Below, piece by piece: positions 7,643-18,300 of a stretch of 64,000 nucleotides of DNA. The notes beneath the pieces are model-generated. The model had not been told where the DNA came from, searched no databases, and was given only the letters and a program-made list of their open reading frames with translations. The translations under genes and the position numbers were made by a program. This DNA is from Gammaproteobacteria bacterium. GTDB taxonomy: Bacteria > Pseudomonadota > Gammaproteobacteria > Steroidobacterales > Rariloculaceae. Location: contig CAXXDW010000002.1 of assembly GCA_963665575.2 (NCBI GenBank), positions 71,936 through 135,935 of the forward strand. Reading direction: 5' to 3'. Each line of letters opens with the position of its first letter. Position 1 is the stretch's first letter.

Positions 7643-10600
7643 TCATTCCTCCTGCGCCAGCGGGTAATCGTCGAGGTACCGGATGAGCACGTTGACGTTG
7701 TCGCGCACCTCCACGAGGCGTTGCGGGCTCGCGACCTGCAGATCGCCGCCGAGGTCGTTCGCGATCCCCACGAGGTTCTCGCGCAACTGTGCCAGTTCTT
7801 CCGCAGACAACCTGTAACCGAGGTTGGCGAGTGCGGTCAGGTTGTCGTTGTTGAACCTTGCGAGCGCGTTTGACGATTCGACGAGTCGGTCGGCGTCGCC
7901 GAGCGTCAGGGCGCTCATGGCCCTGAGCGTGTGCAGAGCATCGTTCGGCGCCACGATCAGGGCGTCCTCGATGATTCGCAGCGCCTCCGCGGCGAGCTGT
8001 TCCCGGTTTTCGCCGGCGTTGAGCCGCCAGGCGGCGCGCAGTTGCGCCGCTTCCGGGTACCAGACGTCGGTCACGATGCTCTCGGCCAGGGCTTCGTCGA
8101 GCGCCGCGAGCGCCTCCCAGTCGCCCGCTGAATCGTACGCCGCACCCTCGATCACGGCTGCCGGCGTGGCGGAAAGCTCGGCCGCAATCTGCCGGATTTC
8201 TTCGGGTGCTTCGCCGCGGCTCAGCGCGTTGAGGTCTTCGCTGACGAAGCTGTAGCGCGCCTGCATGTTGAGCGGGTCCGCCCCCAGCGCATTGGTCAGG
8301 GATTCGCGCGCACGTTCGGACTCTCCGGCAGCCCTGAAGAGCTGTCCGAATATCTCGAGCTGTGTGGAAAAGTCAGGCAGTGCCGCGGCCATCTGCGTTG
8401 CGCGCAGTGTCTGCCCCTTGGCCACGAGCCGCCGCGCGAGGTAGCCGTAGTCGATGCGCTCGCCCATCTCCGCGTGGACCCAGCTTTCGGCGCGCTCCAA
8501 CGGGTCGTACGGCATGAGCAGGTCCAGCAGCTCTGCGCGCTGCAGGCCGTCGCCGCGCGGCCGACTCCGAGTCGCCATGAGGTTGTTGTCGTCGGTGCTG
8601 ACATCGGCGCGGCTCGCGAACAACCGAGTGCTTTCTTCATCGAGCACCAGTGCCGCCAACAGATCCTCAACGCCGTTGATGCCGATTCGGTTGTAGTGCC
8701 TGACGTCGTCGCTGATCGGCCGGCCGCTCCGCGCAAGCTCGAGCTCGACGTCGAGAGCTGCGTCAGACGCCAGGAACATGAGTACACGAGCGAACGGCTG
8801 GTAGAGCCTCACGTAGTCGTACTCGGCGACCAGCGTGGCAGCGAGGCTCCGCAACAGCGGTGCATCCACGAATTCGGAGTTCATCCACTGCAGAAACACT
8901 CCGCCCTCGTTGAGGTGGCTCTTGGCCTCGGCGACGAACTCGCGCGTAAATAGATGCGACGCGCCGGCGGTCCATGGATGCGACGGCTGGGAGACGATCG
9001 CGTCATACGACTTGTCGGTCAGCCTCAGGGCATTGCGCGCGTCGTTGGTCACGATATTGACCCTGGGATCCGCCAGCGGGTCGACGTCGCGTATGCCCGA
9101 AAGCTGCCGATTGGCCTCGATCACCTCGGGTTCGAGCTCGATTACGTCGATCGTCTCGACGGACGGCGGTGTCGCCTCGAGCGCGACTCCGCCGCCGAAG
9201 CCGACCACGAGCATGTCCCGCGTGTCGGGACGCGCGACGACGGGCAGCGCCGTCAGCCACTTTTGCGAATCGAGCACCGGCGGCGATCCCTTGATCCAGA
9301 CGGCAGCTTCGGCAAGGCCGTTGGTGCGCAGAAAGATATTTGTGTCCGCGGCCAGCACCATGACCGTCGAGGAGCGCCCGACGGCATAGTGCAGTTCCCG
9401 GGGCGGGGTCGCATAGGTCACGTTGAATCCGGCGCTCGACATCACCGCCTCGGGTCGGGCGGGGCTGTAGATCGTCAATACGGCAACGAGGCCGGCAGCG
9501 GCGACCCCGATGGGGACGGGGCGCGGTTTCGCCACGCAGCTCGCGGCCCAAAGCGCCAACAGGCAGTTGGCGCCAACGGCGAAGCGGATCGAGCCCTCGA
9601 ATCCGAGGCCGGGAATGAGTACGAACCCGGCAAGAATCGCGCCGATGATCGCGCCCACCGTGTTCCAGGCGTAGATGCGCGCCGTGCCCGTCGTGGCTTC
9701 GCTCTCGTCGCGTGCCAGCACTCTTATAGAAAGAGGCAGAGTGGCACCGATGAAAATCGTCGCCGGCAACATGACCGCCGCCGCGAATACCGCCAGCGTC
9801 CAGGTGGTCCGGACCTCGGGAATCAGCCGCTCCATCCAGGCGTAGACCCCGATGGAGAGCACCGCGACCGCAAACTGCGCGAAAGCGAACGCGACCGCAG
9901 CCCGGTCGCGGCGCTCTGCGATCCTGCCTGCCAGCCCGCCGCCGAGCGCGATGCCGGTCAGAAACGCGGCGAGCATCGTGGCGAACGCGTAAATGCTGCC
10001 GCCGATGACGTGCGTCAGTATCCGGGTCCAGAGCACCTCGTACAGAAAGGCGGTGGCGCCCGAGGCCAGCATGAGCACCGGCATCCAGGCGGGCTGAGTG
10101 AGGAACACGGTGGCCAGGCGCTCCCGAAGCGTTGTCGTACCCTCGATCAGCGGCCGCACGCAGGCCGAGACGAAACCCGGCGGCCCCGCCGCGGCTGCGG
10201 CGTGCTCCGCCGGTGCGCTGTCACGCCGGCCGCGGGCCAGCGCCGCCGCGATGACGAATACGAGTGCGTTGACGGCGACGCCGACCCACACGGTGCGACT
10301 GAGACCGAGCGCCGGCAACAGCAAGAACGCGGCGAGGACCGTACCGCAGACGGCGCCCGCCGTGTTGATCGCGTAGAACAGCGCGACCCGCGGCCCGACT
10401 TCCCGGTCTGTCCTCACGGCATAGCGGATCAAGAGCGGCAGCGTCGCGCCCATGAAACCCGTAGGGATGGCGAGCACCACGAACGCCACGAGCAGGTAGA
10501 AGATCGGCTGGCCGATGGCCGCGGCATCCGGCGGCGTCGGCTGGTCGCCGAGCATCGACGCGTAGAGCGCCCGGGCGGCGAAGAGCAGCAGCGGAACCGC

Positions 10601-10972
10601 CAACGCCGAAAGCGCAATGCCGGCTTCGAGAACGCCGTAAACGAGCACCGGTCGCGTTATGCGCCCCGCGTAGCGCCCGGCTATGGCAGAGCCCAGCGCA
10701 AGCCCTCCCATATAGGCGGCCAGCACGGTGGCAACGGCCAGCTCGCTCGTCCCGAAAACGAGCGAGAACTGCCTGAGCCACGCGGTCTGGTACAACAGCG
10801 CTGCGAGACCGGAGAGGAAAAAGCAGGCGACAACGCCGACGTACACCAGCCGGGGAGATCGCCCGGCCGCAGGCACGGCCGACTCGCCAACAACGCGGCG
10901 TGTTCCGCTTGCCGTAGTGGCGCGGCGGCGCTTTGCCGCCTTCTGTCGTTTTCGGTAGCTGCGCGACCCCAA
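7643..10972 (-). CDS. Fused multi-TM / spermidine-synthase-like SAM-binding protein with helical C-terminus
   Basis: Two hydrophobic MFS-like halves (FFLSGLAALLYQTAW, YAINTAGA, YAWNTVGA), then LVVGFGGG, VIELEPEV, DARNAL, YDAIVSQPSHPW. Probable TTG start at 10972 after AGGGA. Confidence 0.85.
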   Translation of the reverse strand: MGSRSYRKRQKAAKRRRATTASGTRRVVGESAVPAAGRSPRLVYVGVVACFFLSGLAALLYQTAWLRQFSLVFGTSELAVATVLAAYMGGLALGSAIAGRYAGRITRPVLVYGVLEAGIALSALAVPLLLFAARALYASMLGDQPTPPDAAAIGQPIFYLLVAFVVLAIPTGFMGATLPLLIRYAVRTDREVGPRVALFYAINTAGAVCGTVLAAFLLLPALGLSRTVWVGVAVNALVFVIAAALARGRRDSAPAEHAAAAAGPPGFVSACVRPLIEGTTTLRERLATVFLTQPAWMPVLMLASGATAFLYEVLWTRILTHVIGGSIYAFATMLAAFLTGIALGGGLAGRIAERRDRAAVAFAFAQFAVAVLSIGVYAWMERLIPEVRTTWTLAVFAAAVMLPATIFIGATLPLSIRVLARDESEATTGTARIYAWNTVGAIIGAILAGFVLIPGLGFEGSIRFAVGANCLLALWAASCVAKPRPVPIGVAAAGLVAVLTIYSPARPEAVMSSAGFNVTYATPPRELHYAVGRSSTVMVLAADTNIFLRTNGLAEAAVWIKGSPPVLDSQKWLTALPVVARPDTRDMLVVGFGGGVALEATPPSVETIDVIELEPEVIEANRQLSGIRDVDPLADPRVNIVTNDARNALRLTDKSYDAIVSQPSHPWTAGASHLFTREFVAEAKSHLNEGGVFLQWMNSEFVDAPLLRSLAATLVAEYDYVRLYQPFARVLMFLASDAALDVELELARSGRPISDDVRHYNRIGINGVEDLLAALVLDEESTRLFASRADVSTDDNNLMATRSRPRGDGLQRAELLDLLMPYDPLERAESWVHAEMGERIDYGYLARRLVAKGQTLRATQMAAALPDFSTQLEIFGQLFRAAGESERARESLTNALGADPLNMQARYSFVSEDLNALSRGEAPEEIRQIAAELSATPAAVIEGAAYDSAGDWEALAALDEALAESIVTDVWYPEAAQLRAAWRLNAGENREQLAAEALRIIEDALIVAPNDALHTLRAMSALTLGDADRLVESSNALARFNNDNLTALANLGYRLSAEELAQLRENLVGIANDLGGDLQVASPQRLVEVRDNVNVLIRYLDDYPLAQEE

Positions 10973-11477
10973 CGTGACGGGTCCCTGAGGAGAGTGTGGG
11001 CGATGCACGGCTATTATGACGGAGTGCGAATCGAAGGGGTGGCTTGTCGTGCTGCAAGGTTCCGGTACGGGCAGCTCGCTCGGTACGCCGCATCTGTTTA
11101 TAAGGTGTCCTGCGGCGTTCGTCCTTGCCCGTAAATGGCGCAAACCACCCTCGACCCCGACACGTGGATCCGCCCGGTTTCGCATGGCACGGCGACAGCT
11201 TCGCCGCGGGCGGTCGCAGGCGGGAGCCGCAGCACGAGTGGATCCAGGGCCCGGCGAAAACCGCACAGGCTTCCAATCGCCGCAAAATGCCCCTACACTT
11301 TCGGAGTCGTAACGCGCGTCAGCTTGAAACCCTCTCGGGCGATGCAGACGACATAGCCAAGATTGTTGTTGACGGACAGTAGTTACGCGGCGACAATTAC
11401 GGCGGTTGGGGCAGCGGCGTTATGGGACGGTAGGTTTTGTACCACACTGTCTGCCGCAAAAAATGTTGACCGGAAGG

Positions 11478-11506
11478 TTGTGCAATTGTTTTTCAGTGAC
11501 TAGAAT
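11478..11506 (+). promoter_or_regulatory. Putative sigma70 promoter for the adhesin
   Basis: TTGTGC-N17-TAGAAT. Confidence 0.45.
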
Positions 11507-11649
11507 CCGGCCTGAGTGTGGTCTGTTTTCTTGGAGAGGCATGCGCTTCCCGGACTTGGGCCGCGATGCGGAGTTGACTGGCTCGATTCTTTTCTGAGCT
11601 AATTTTTTTGTTAGGGGCAAACTTGATGTCTGATCATAGGGGAACTCGC

Positions 11650-14196
11650 ATGATGACTCTGAAACGTTTACTGGCTACGGCGCTGGGTGCGCTCGGGTTG
11701 TGGGCACTCGGTGTAGCGCCAGCATCCGCACAGCAGATCCCGGCCCCTGATGCATACGAAAATCCGCTGGCGTGTCAGAACGCTCTTCCGGTGGGGCCGC
11801 CCATGCGGCCGAGCACGAAGCACCCGCTTGATGACGCGATAAAGGCAGGCATGCTGGGTGATCTGGAAGCCACGCTTACGTTCATGGCCGAAGCATGTCT
11901 TCCGGATACAGATCCCGTCGGCGGCGGCATCGCAAAGGCTCGCACGCTCTACAACGCTGTTGTGGACGCGCAGGCCGACGTGGATGCGGCGCAAATGGCG
12001 TACGACGACGATGATTCCGCCGGCAATCTCGAAGACCTGAACGAAGCCAAGATGACTCGCGACATGGCGGTCATGGCCCGCAACAACTTCGCCGGCGGTA
12101 TGGCCGGTTCTGAGGGCATTGGCGCGGTGTACCAGTCAGTCTTCGATGAGGAAAAAGCCAAGGCCGATGCAACTGCCGCACACAGCGCATGGATGACGGC
12201 CCTCGAGGCGGAGACGGTAGCCGAGGAGCTCAAGGACTTGGTCTCACGCGACGACTTCATTTCGTCGTTTGCCGGGTTCGATTCGGACGGTAACCCGCTG
12301 ACGTTCGAGCTCTACGAACGTGCGGCAATTGACCTCAACGACGATGGTGATACGGACGACAGTGGCGAATTCGCTGCTACCACGTTTGTCCGTGTCAAGA
12401 AGGCAGACGGTACCTACGTTGGAACGGATGAGGCGGGCAACGCTCCTGAGTTAACTGTCAACGCTTTCGACCACGAGGCTGACATTATAAACGCCGACGA
12501 TACCTTGGCAGAGGGCGAGCTGGTTGCCCTCAGGCTAGAGACCTGGGATCCCGACGGCGCCGACGGTGACGCCGAAGCGCAGACCATCGTCGTTGTTACG
12601 ACCGATACTGAAGTTCTCGCCAACGTGATGTTCGGCGACGACACCACGAATGACGTTGACGGAGTCGACTCGCGGTACATGGACGCCAAGGATGCGTATG
12701 AGACCGCGCAAGAGAACAATGAAAACAACGTGGACGGTACGCGGGACGCCGCATTGGCGGAAGCCGAGCGCAGAGCGAAGGCACGCTACGACCACTTCAA
12801 GGCACAGCGCGATGCCGCGTACGACGACCTGCGCAAGGGCCGCCTGAGCTATACCGTGGACGGCGACAACCCGGACACCACCGAAATAGAAACTAGCTAC
12901 ATGGTCACCTACTCGGACGACGACTACGACAGCCTGATGGATCTGCAGGGTGACGAGGCATCTGCCGCCGCCGCCTTGAAGAGGGCTTACGATGATCGGA
13001 TTGCGAAGAGTAACGCCGTCGAGTCCAGCCAGCGGGACACCGAAGCGTACCTTGAGCAGTTGGTCAAATTGCGCGAATACGACAAGGCGCAGGCCGACGC
13101 CGCTGCCGAGGATGCCGACGCGGACGATCTGAATGACGACGGTCTGACAGCCGACCAGGTTGCTGCGAACATGGCGTTGGCGAATGCGCAGGGTCAGCAA
13201 ACTGCCTTTAACGACGTTCAGGCACTCCCGGACGGCCATCCCATCAAGAACTTGGTGAACGGGCTCTTGGCAGCCGATAACTCGATGGCTGACGACGACG
13301 GCCAGACGCTCGTGGATGCGATCTCCGATACGTACCAGACGGCCAACGATGCGGAGACCAAGGCCAACAACGCGATGAACGCTGTCTCCGGCCTGACCCG
13401 CGAAGATGGTGCGGTAGCCCAGAACACCGGGCGCGTCGAAAGCATCGAGTCCGAGCTCATGATCGATTCGGACGGCAACGGCACGATCATGCAAGACGAC
13501 GGGACCAGCATCAGCCGGCTCACCGACATCGAGAACAAGCTGGCGTTGAAGAAGGAATACATCGGAAACCTCGGCACACATATCGGTGTCGACCCCGTGA
13601 CGGGCTTGGGAACGGGCCCGGACGGCATGAGCCGCATCGACATCAACCAGGCGCTCAGCGAGGCCAACAGGGACGAGATCGGCATGGACGAGAACGGCAT
13701 GAGCCGCATCGACCATAACCAGGCGCGCAGCGAGGCCAACGCCGCGGAGATCGGCGTGGACGAGGACGGCAACAGCCGGATCGACCACAACGAGGCGCGC
13801 AGCCAGGCCAACTATATGGAAATCGGCATGGATGCCGACGGCATGAGCCGGATCGACCATAACCAGGCGCGTAGCATGGATAACGCGACCGATATCATGG
13901 CGATCCGTGGCATGGTCGATACCAATAGTTCGGGCATCAGTTCGAACAGGATGGCCATCGCCCGGAACTCCGAAGCCATCGAGACCCTGCGCTCAGGCGT
14001 GGCGGCTTCCATGGCGCTCGCGGGCATGCCCGAGATCGGCGACCGCGGTGTCTCCGTCGGTGCGGCGAGCTACGACGGCGAGTCGGCCTTCGCGGTTGGC
14101 GTGCACTTCTCCGGCGAGAACTCCCGCTTCAAGCTCGGTGTCACGAGCAGCGGTGGCGAGACCGGCGCCTCCGTCGGTGCGGGCTGGAGCTTCTGA
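11650..14196 (+). CDS. Trimeric autotransporter adhesin (YadA-like C-terminal anchor)
   Basis: Signal peptide (…VAPASAQQ), acidic coiled-coil passenger, anchor LRSGVAASMALAGMP…VSVGAASYDGESAFAVG…GASVGAGWSF. Start could also be 11626. Confidence 0.88.
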   Translation: MMTLKRLLATALGALGLWALGVAPASAQQIPAPDAYENPLACQNALPVGPPMRPSTKHPLDDAIKAGMLGDLEATLTFMAEACLPDTDPVGGGIAKARTLYNAVVDAQADVDAAQMAYDDDDSAGNLEDLNEAKMTRDMAVMARNNFAGGMAGSEGIGAVYQSVFDEEKAKADATAAHSAWMTALEAETVAEELKDLVSRDDFISSFAGFDSDGNPLTFELYERAAIDLNDDGDTDDSGEFAATTFVRVKKADGTYVGTDEAGNAPELTVNAFDHEADIINADDTLAEGELVALRLETWDPDGADGDAEAQTIVVVTTDTEVLANVMFGDDTTNDVDGVDSRYMDAKDAYETAQENNENNVDGTRDAALAEAERRAKARYDHFKAQRDAAYDDLRKGRLSYTVDGDNPDTTEIETSYMVTYSDDDYDSLMDLQGDEASAAAALKRAYDDRIAKSNAVESSQRDTEAYLEQLVKLREYDKAQADAAAEDADADDLNDDGLTADQVAANMALANAQGQQTAFNDVQALPDGHPIKNLVNGLLAADNSMADDDGQTLVDAISDTYQTANDAETKANNAMNAVSGLTREDGAVAQNTGRVESIESELMIDSDGNGTIMQDDGTSISRLTDIENKLALKKEYIGNLGTHIGVDPVTGLGTGPDGMSRIDINQALSEANRDEIGMDENGMSRIDHNQARSEANAAEIGVDEDGNSRIDHNEARSQANYMEIGMDADGMSRIDHNQARSMDNATDIMAIRGMVDTNSSGISSNRMAIARNSEAIETLRSGVAASMALAGMPEIGDRGVSVGAASYDGESAFAVGVHFSGENSRFKLGVTSSGGETGASVGAGWSF
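13624..13884 (+). repeat. 72-bp (24-aa) tandem repeat x~3.6 in the adhesin stalk
   Basis: GMSRIDHNQARSEANxxEIGMDEN units start at 13624, 13696, 13768 and 13840. Confidence 0.85.
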
Positions 14197-14264
14197 ACCC
14201 ACCCCGATCTGACGGTTGACCTTACAACCGGCGGTCCGAGCAATCGGGCCGCCGGTTTCTCTTT
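14038..14264 (+). repeat. Direct repeat copy 1 (adhesin 3' end + terminator)
   Basis: Aligns without gaps to 14964-15190 (offset 926). Confidence 0.9.
14226..14264 (+). terminator. Rho-independent terminator
   Basis: AACCGGCGGTCCGA-GCAA-TCGGGCCGCCGGTT followed by TCTCTTT. Confidence 0.8.
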
Positions 14265-14317
14265 GGGGGCGCCAAAACTGCCGGGAACCGAATGGTGCCG
14301 ACGCTCCGGACTGTTCG

Positions 14318-14644
14318 CTAAGCTGAAACGCGCAAGATCTGCGCTCGTGGCCGGTTGGCCAGAATGTCAATGATCTCCGGGACTCGCGGGCGCAAGTCCT
14401 GAAAACGATTGCGATGCGCAAGGAGAACGATCACCGCAATCGGCAGATTGCTCTCGTTCTGTTGATACTCGAACCCGCGGTCGACGGTGACCAACGCGTC
14501 GAATCCGCTCGCGGCAGCAAGTTCGAGCAATTCGCCGTTCGAACGCCCGGCCCAGCCCATTGCGGGCACAGTCCGCACATCAAATGAGTCGGGGAAGCAG
14601 GACGCGAGGCGCCGCGGAACGGGTTCGTCAAGCAGCAGCTTCAA
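14318..14644 (-). CDS. DUF5615-type PIN-like toxin (VapC45-like)
   Basis: MKLLLDE…GWAG…NGELL…FDALVTVDRG…QQN; overlaps a DUF433 gene. Confidence 0.85.
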   Translation of the reverse strand: MKLLLDEPVPRRLASCFPDSFDVRTVPAMGWAGRSNGELLELAAASGFDALVTVDRGFEYQQNESNLPIAVIVLLAHRNRFQDLRPRVPEIIDILANRPRAQILRVSA

Positions 14645-14864
14645 TCGAATCGGACAACACCATGGTGGTTGCCCTCTCCAGCAACGCTATCGCTTGTTCG
14701 CGAGTTACGGTAGGAAAGTCGTCCAGAAACTCCTCGAGCCGATCACCGGCTTCAAGGTGATCCATCAGTATGCGTACGGGTACCCGGGTTCCGGCGAACA
14801 CCGGAGTTCCGCCCAGGATCTCGGGGTTTCGATCAATGAGCTTCTCGGTCATGATGCTTGCCAT
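14628..14864 (-). CDS. DUF433 antitoxin
   Basis: IDRNPEILGGTPVFAGTRVPV…FLDDFPTVTREQ. Start at 14864 or 14852. Confidence 0.9.
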   Translation of the reverse strand: MASIMTEKLIDRNPEILGGTPVFAGTRVPVRILMDHLEAGDRLEEFLDDFPTVTREQAIALLERATTMVLSDSIEAAA

Positions 14865-14963
14865 CTTGGGAGCAGGGTGAACACGCTCTTGCTGGACTTC
14901 CGGTTGGTCTATCCCTTTGCAACGCTGAAAGTATGCCACAACTGCGTAGCTGTTCAGCAGTCC

Positions 14964-15122
14964 GGTGACCGCGGCGTTGCGGTCGGCGCCGGCAGCTACG
15001 ACGGCGAGTCGGCCCTTGCGGTTGGCGTACACTTCTCCGGTGAGAACTCCCGGTTCAAGCTCGCCGTCACGAGTGCGGACGGCGAGACCGGAGCGTCGGT
15101 CGGTGCGGGCTGGAGCTTCTGA
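14964..15122 (+). pseudogene. Remnant YadA anchor (3' fragment of a second adhesin gene)
   Basis: GDRGVAVGAGSYDGESALAVGVHFSGENSRFKLAVTSADGETGASVGAGWSF*. No passenger or start; mostly synonymous differences from copy 1. Confidence 0.8.
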
Positions 15123-15151
15123 GCCAACTCCGATCTGACGGTTGACCTTAC

Positions 15152-15190
15152 AACCGGCAGTCCGAGCAATCGGGCCGCCGGTTTCTTTTT
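15152..15190 (+). terminator. Rho-independent terminator (duplicate of 14226)
   Basis: AACCGGCAGTCCGA-GCAA-TCGGGCCGCCGGTT followed by TCTTTTT. Confidence 0.75.
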
Positions 15191-15323
15191 CTGGGCATCG
15201 AAGCCATTCGGCCAGGCACAAGTGCAGTCCGACAAAGCAAATTAAGTATCCCGGGTATGTGTACAAAAATATTAAAATTCTGCTTCACATGGGCGTAACA
15301 ATCGGCTATTGTGCACTTCCATC

Positions 15324-18300
15324 ATGGCGACAGAGTGGCTGTGGGAGTTCCGCCACCGTCGGCGCCTGATTGGCGCGTACCCCGCGACCAACTACCCCCT
15401 CCTGAAATGCCTTCTGATCGTCCTTGCCGCCGTGCCATTTGCGGCGGCGGCTCAGCAGGGGCATGCACCCGAAACGGGTATTGAGCAACCAAACGCTCTG
15501 CTGTCCAACGCCGGTGCATCGTCCGCTGGATGGACGGATTCGGTCCTGGCGCAGGGCTTCATCACCGGCCACATCCCCGGCGGCTACCGGCTCGGCGGCG
15601 TGGAACTGTTTCTCGACGAGCCGCCGGACACACTACCTGCCCGGCCGGTCGTCACGCTCCACGAAGACGAGATTGGCGAGCCCGGCGAGCGCGTGGTGGT
15701 CTTCGCGAATCCCGCGAGCTACACGGCGGGCGGCAACCGCTTCGAGGCGCCGCTTCCGATCGTACTCAGTGCCCGCAAGGCCTATCACCTGCTCGTAAAC
15801 CTCGGCGCTGACCGGCCACTGGCATTGGAACTCGTGTTTCCAGGCAAGGCGGATGGCCCGAGCGCGGATGCCCAGTGGGTCGCGCGGACGGGATCCCAAA
15901 CGCTGCTCGACAACTTGGAGTGGCGCTTCAATGACGGTTTTGCGCTGCGCTTCACGCTCCTTGAAGCCGGCGAGGACATACCGCCGCCTGCACCGCGCCT
16001 CTCACTGACTGTTGCCGCGGCGGTGCCGGTTGCCGCACCGCCAGGCGATTCGGAGGATTCCGGCGGCAGTACGGCGCAGGTCGAGCCCGATCCGCGGGAC
16101 GAGAGTTTCGAGCCCGCTCCGATGTCTGCGCCCGGTTCGAGTGAGGCCACCAGCGCGGGTTTTGAAGGCGCGGCGTCGTCGTCAGCGTCGATTGCAGCAA
16201 CCGACGAAAGCGCGGCAACGGCTGACACGCCCGATCCTCCGCCGGCCGAGGCAGCGATGCCTGCGCCACCGCCACCTGCCGCGCCGGAGGCCGCCGCCGA
16301 TTCACCGACACCGATCATGGCGCAAAACTCTCGGCTGCCGGAAACGTCGGACGATGACGACGACGAGGCAGCCGTGCCAGTGCCGCGCAGCAGTCCCAGC
16401 CGAACCGGAGTGATTGTGGGTGCAGCGCTCGCCGGCGTCGCACTCATTGCGGGGTCCGATGGCGACGACTCACCACCGGGAGAGCAACCGAGCCAGACGA
16501 CACCGCCGGATCCACCGCCGCCTCCGCCCCCGCCGCCGCTGTCGGACGACGCGGCGCTGAGCGCACTGGCTGTCAGCGATACGGACGGCGCTGCCGTGGC
16601 GTTAATGCCGATGTTCTCGTCGACGGTTGCGAGCTACCTGGCGTCCGTTTCGAATTCTGTGTCGGTGGTCACGGTCCTGCCGATGGCGAACCACGCCGAA
16701 GCTGAGTTCGAGTTCCTCGGCGGCGACGATATGCCGCTCGCGGTTGCCAATGGCGGGACGGCCGACTTTCAGGCGAATCTCGTGGTCGGAACGACAACGG
16801 TCAAGGTCAAGGTTACCGCCGAGGACGGTGAGGCGACGCAGACGTATGCGGTTGCAATCGAGCGCGCAGCACCGCCTCCGCCGCCCCCGCCGCCATTGTC
16901 GGACGACGCGACGTTGCGAGCGCTGTCGGTGAGCGACGGTGCGGGCAGCGTCGTGCCTCTGACACCGATGTTCTCATCGGCGCTAACGAGCTATGCGGCG
17001 TCGGTCGTGCATTCCGTGGCGACGGTGACGATCGTGCCGACGACGAATCAAGCCGAAGCGGAGTTCGGGTTTCTCGACGGTAACGACATGCCGCTCGCAG
17101 ACGCCGATACCGGGACGGACGACTTCCAGTTGGACCTCGTCGTCGGCATGACCACCGTGCAAGTCAAGGTCACGGCCGAGAACGGCGAGGCGATGCAGAC
17201 GTATGCAATTGCAATCGAGCGGGCGATGCCCCCGCCCCCGCCGCCGCTGTCGGACGACGCGAGGCTGAGAGCGCTGGCGGTAACCGACGCGGCGCGCATC
17301 GCCATACCGCTGACTCCGACGTTCTCGTCGGCCGTGACGAGCTATACGGCCTCTGTGGCGCACTCCGTGGCGACGGTGACGATCCTGCCGATGGTGAGCC
17401 ACGCGGGCGCCACGGTCGAGTTTCTCGACAGTACGGGCATGGGCCTTGAAGACGCGGATACCGGGGCCGCTGACTTCCAGTTCAATCTCGACGTCGGTCA
17501 GAACACGGTAAAGGTCAAGGTCACCGCCGAAAACGGCGAGGCCATGCAGACCTATGCAGTCACTTTGACACGTCCCATCGGCCCGCCCGAACGGGTACTG
17601 ATCACTCGGGTTCTTCCGGGTGCCGAAGCCCTGATCGTGTTCTGGAACGCGGTGAGCCTTGCCGACGGTTACCGGGTGCAGTGGAAGTCTGGAAACCAGG
17701 ACTTCGAACAGGGCGGCTCTCGTGAAGCCATCGTCACCGACGGCAATGCGGAGTCCTACACGATCCTGTACTTGCTGGCGGGCCGCGAATACACGGTGCG
17801 CGTGATCGCGACTCGCAACGGTGCCCAGGACGCCCCGCCGTCGAACGAGGCCAAGGGAACGCCCTTCGGCCAAACGGCGAGCGTCCAGCCAAATTCTGAC
17901 GGCGGCAGGAACGATGACGGTGCATCAAACGACGGGTCGGACGACGGCGACGACTCCGAACCCGAGGCCTGGCTGGCCGATCTCGAGGTTTTCGACCCCG
18001 ACGGCGACGAGGTCGCGCTGAGCCCGCCGTTCTCGACCCCGACTGCGAGCTACAGTGCAACTGTCGCCAACGACGTCGCCTGGGTCACCTTCAAGCCCAC
18101 GAAGAACGACCCGGCTTCGGTCGTCGTGTACGAGGACGGCTCCAACCAGACGCTGACCGACGCCGACGCGTTCCGTGGCGACTTTCAGGTGAACCTCAAC
18201 GTTGGCGCGAACGTGGTGAAGGTCCGGGTCTCTCACCCCGAGGCGCAGAGCCAGGGCACCTACACGGTGACGATCACCCGCGCGGCTGCGAACGACGTCA

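Noticed and set aside
11500-11650. Riboswitch in the adhesin leader
   Set aside because: Only a weak hairpin and T-run; no recognisable c-di-GMP or other aptamer consensus.
14487-15122. 211-aa ORF ending in a YadA anchor
   Set aside because: Its first ~160 codons are antisense to the TA pair or intergenic, with no signal peptide. Only the anchor remnant is genuine.
14038-15190. Diversity-generating retroelement template/variable repeat pair
   Set aside because: Differences are mostly third-codon synonymous changes rather than adenine-specific, and no reverse transcriptase is present.
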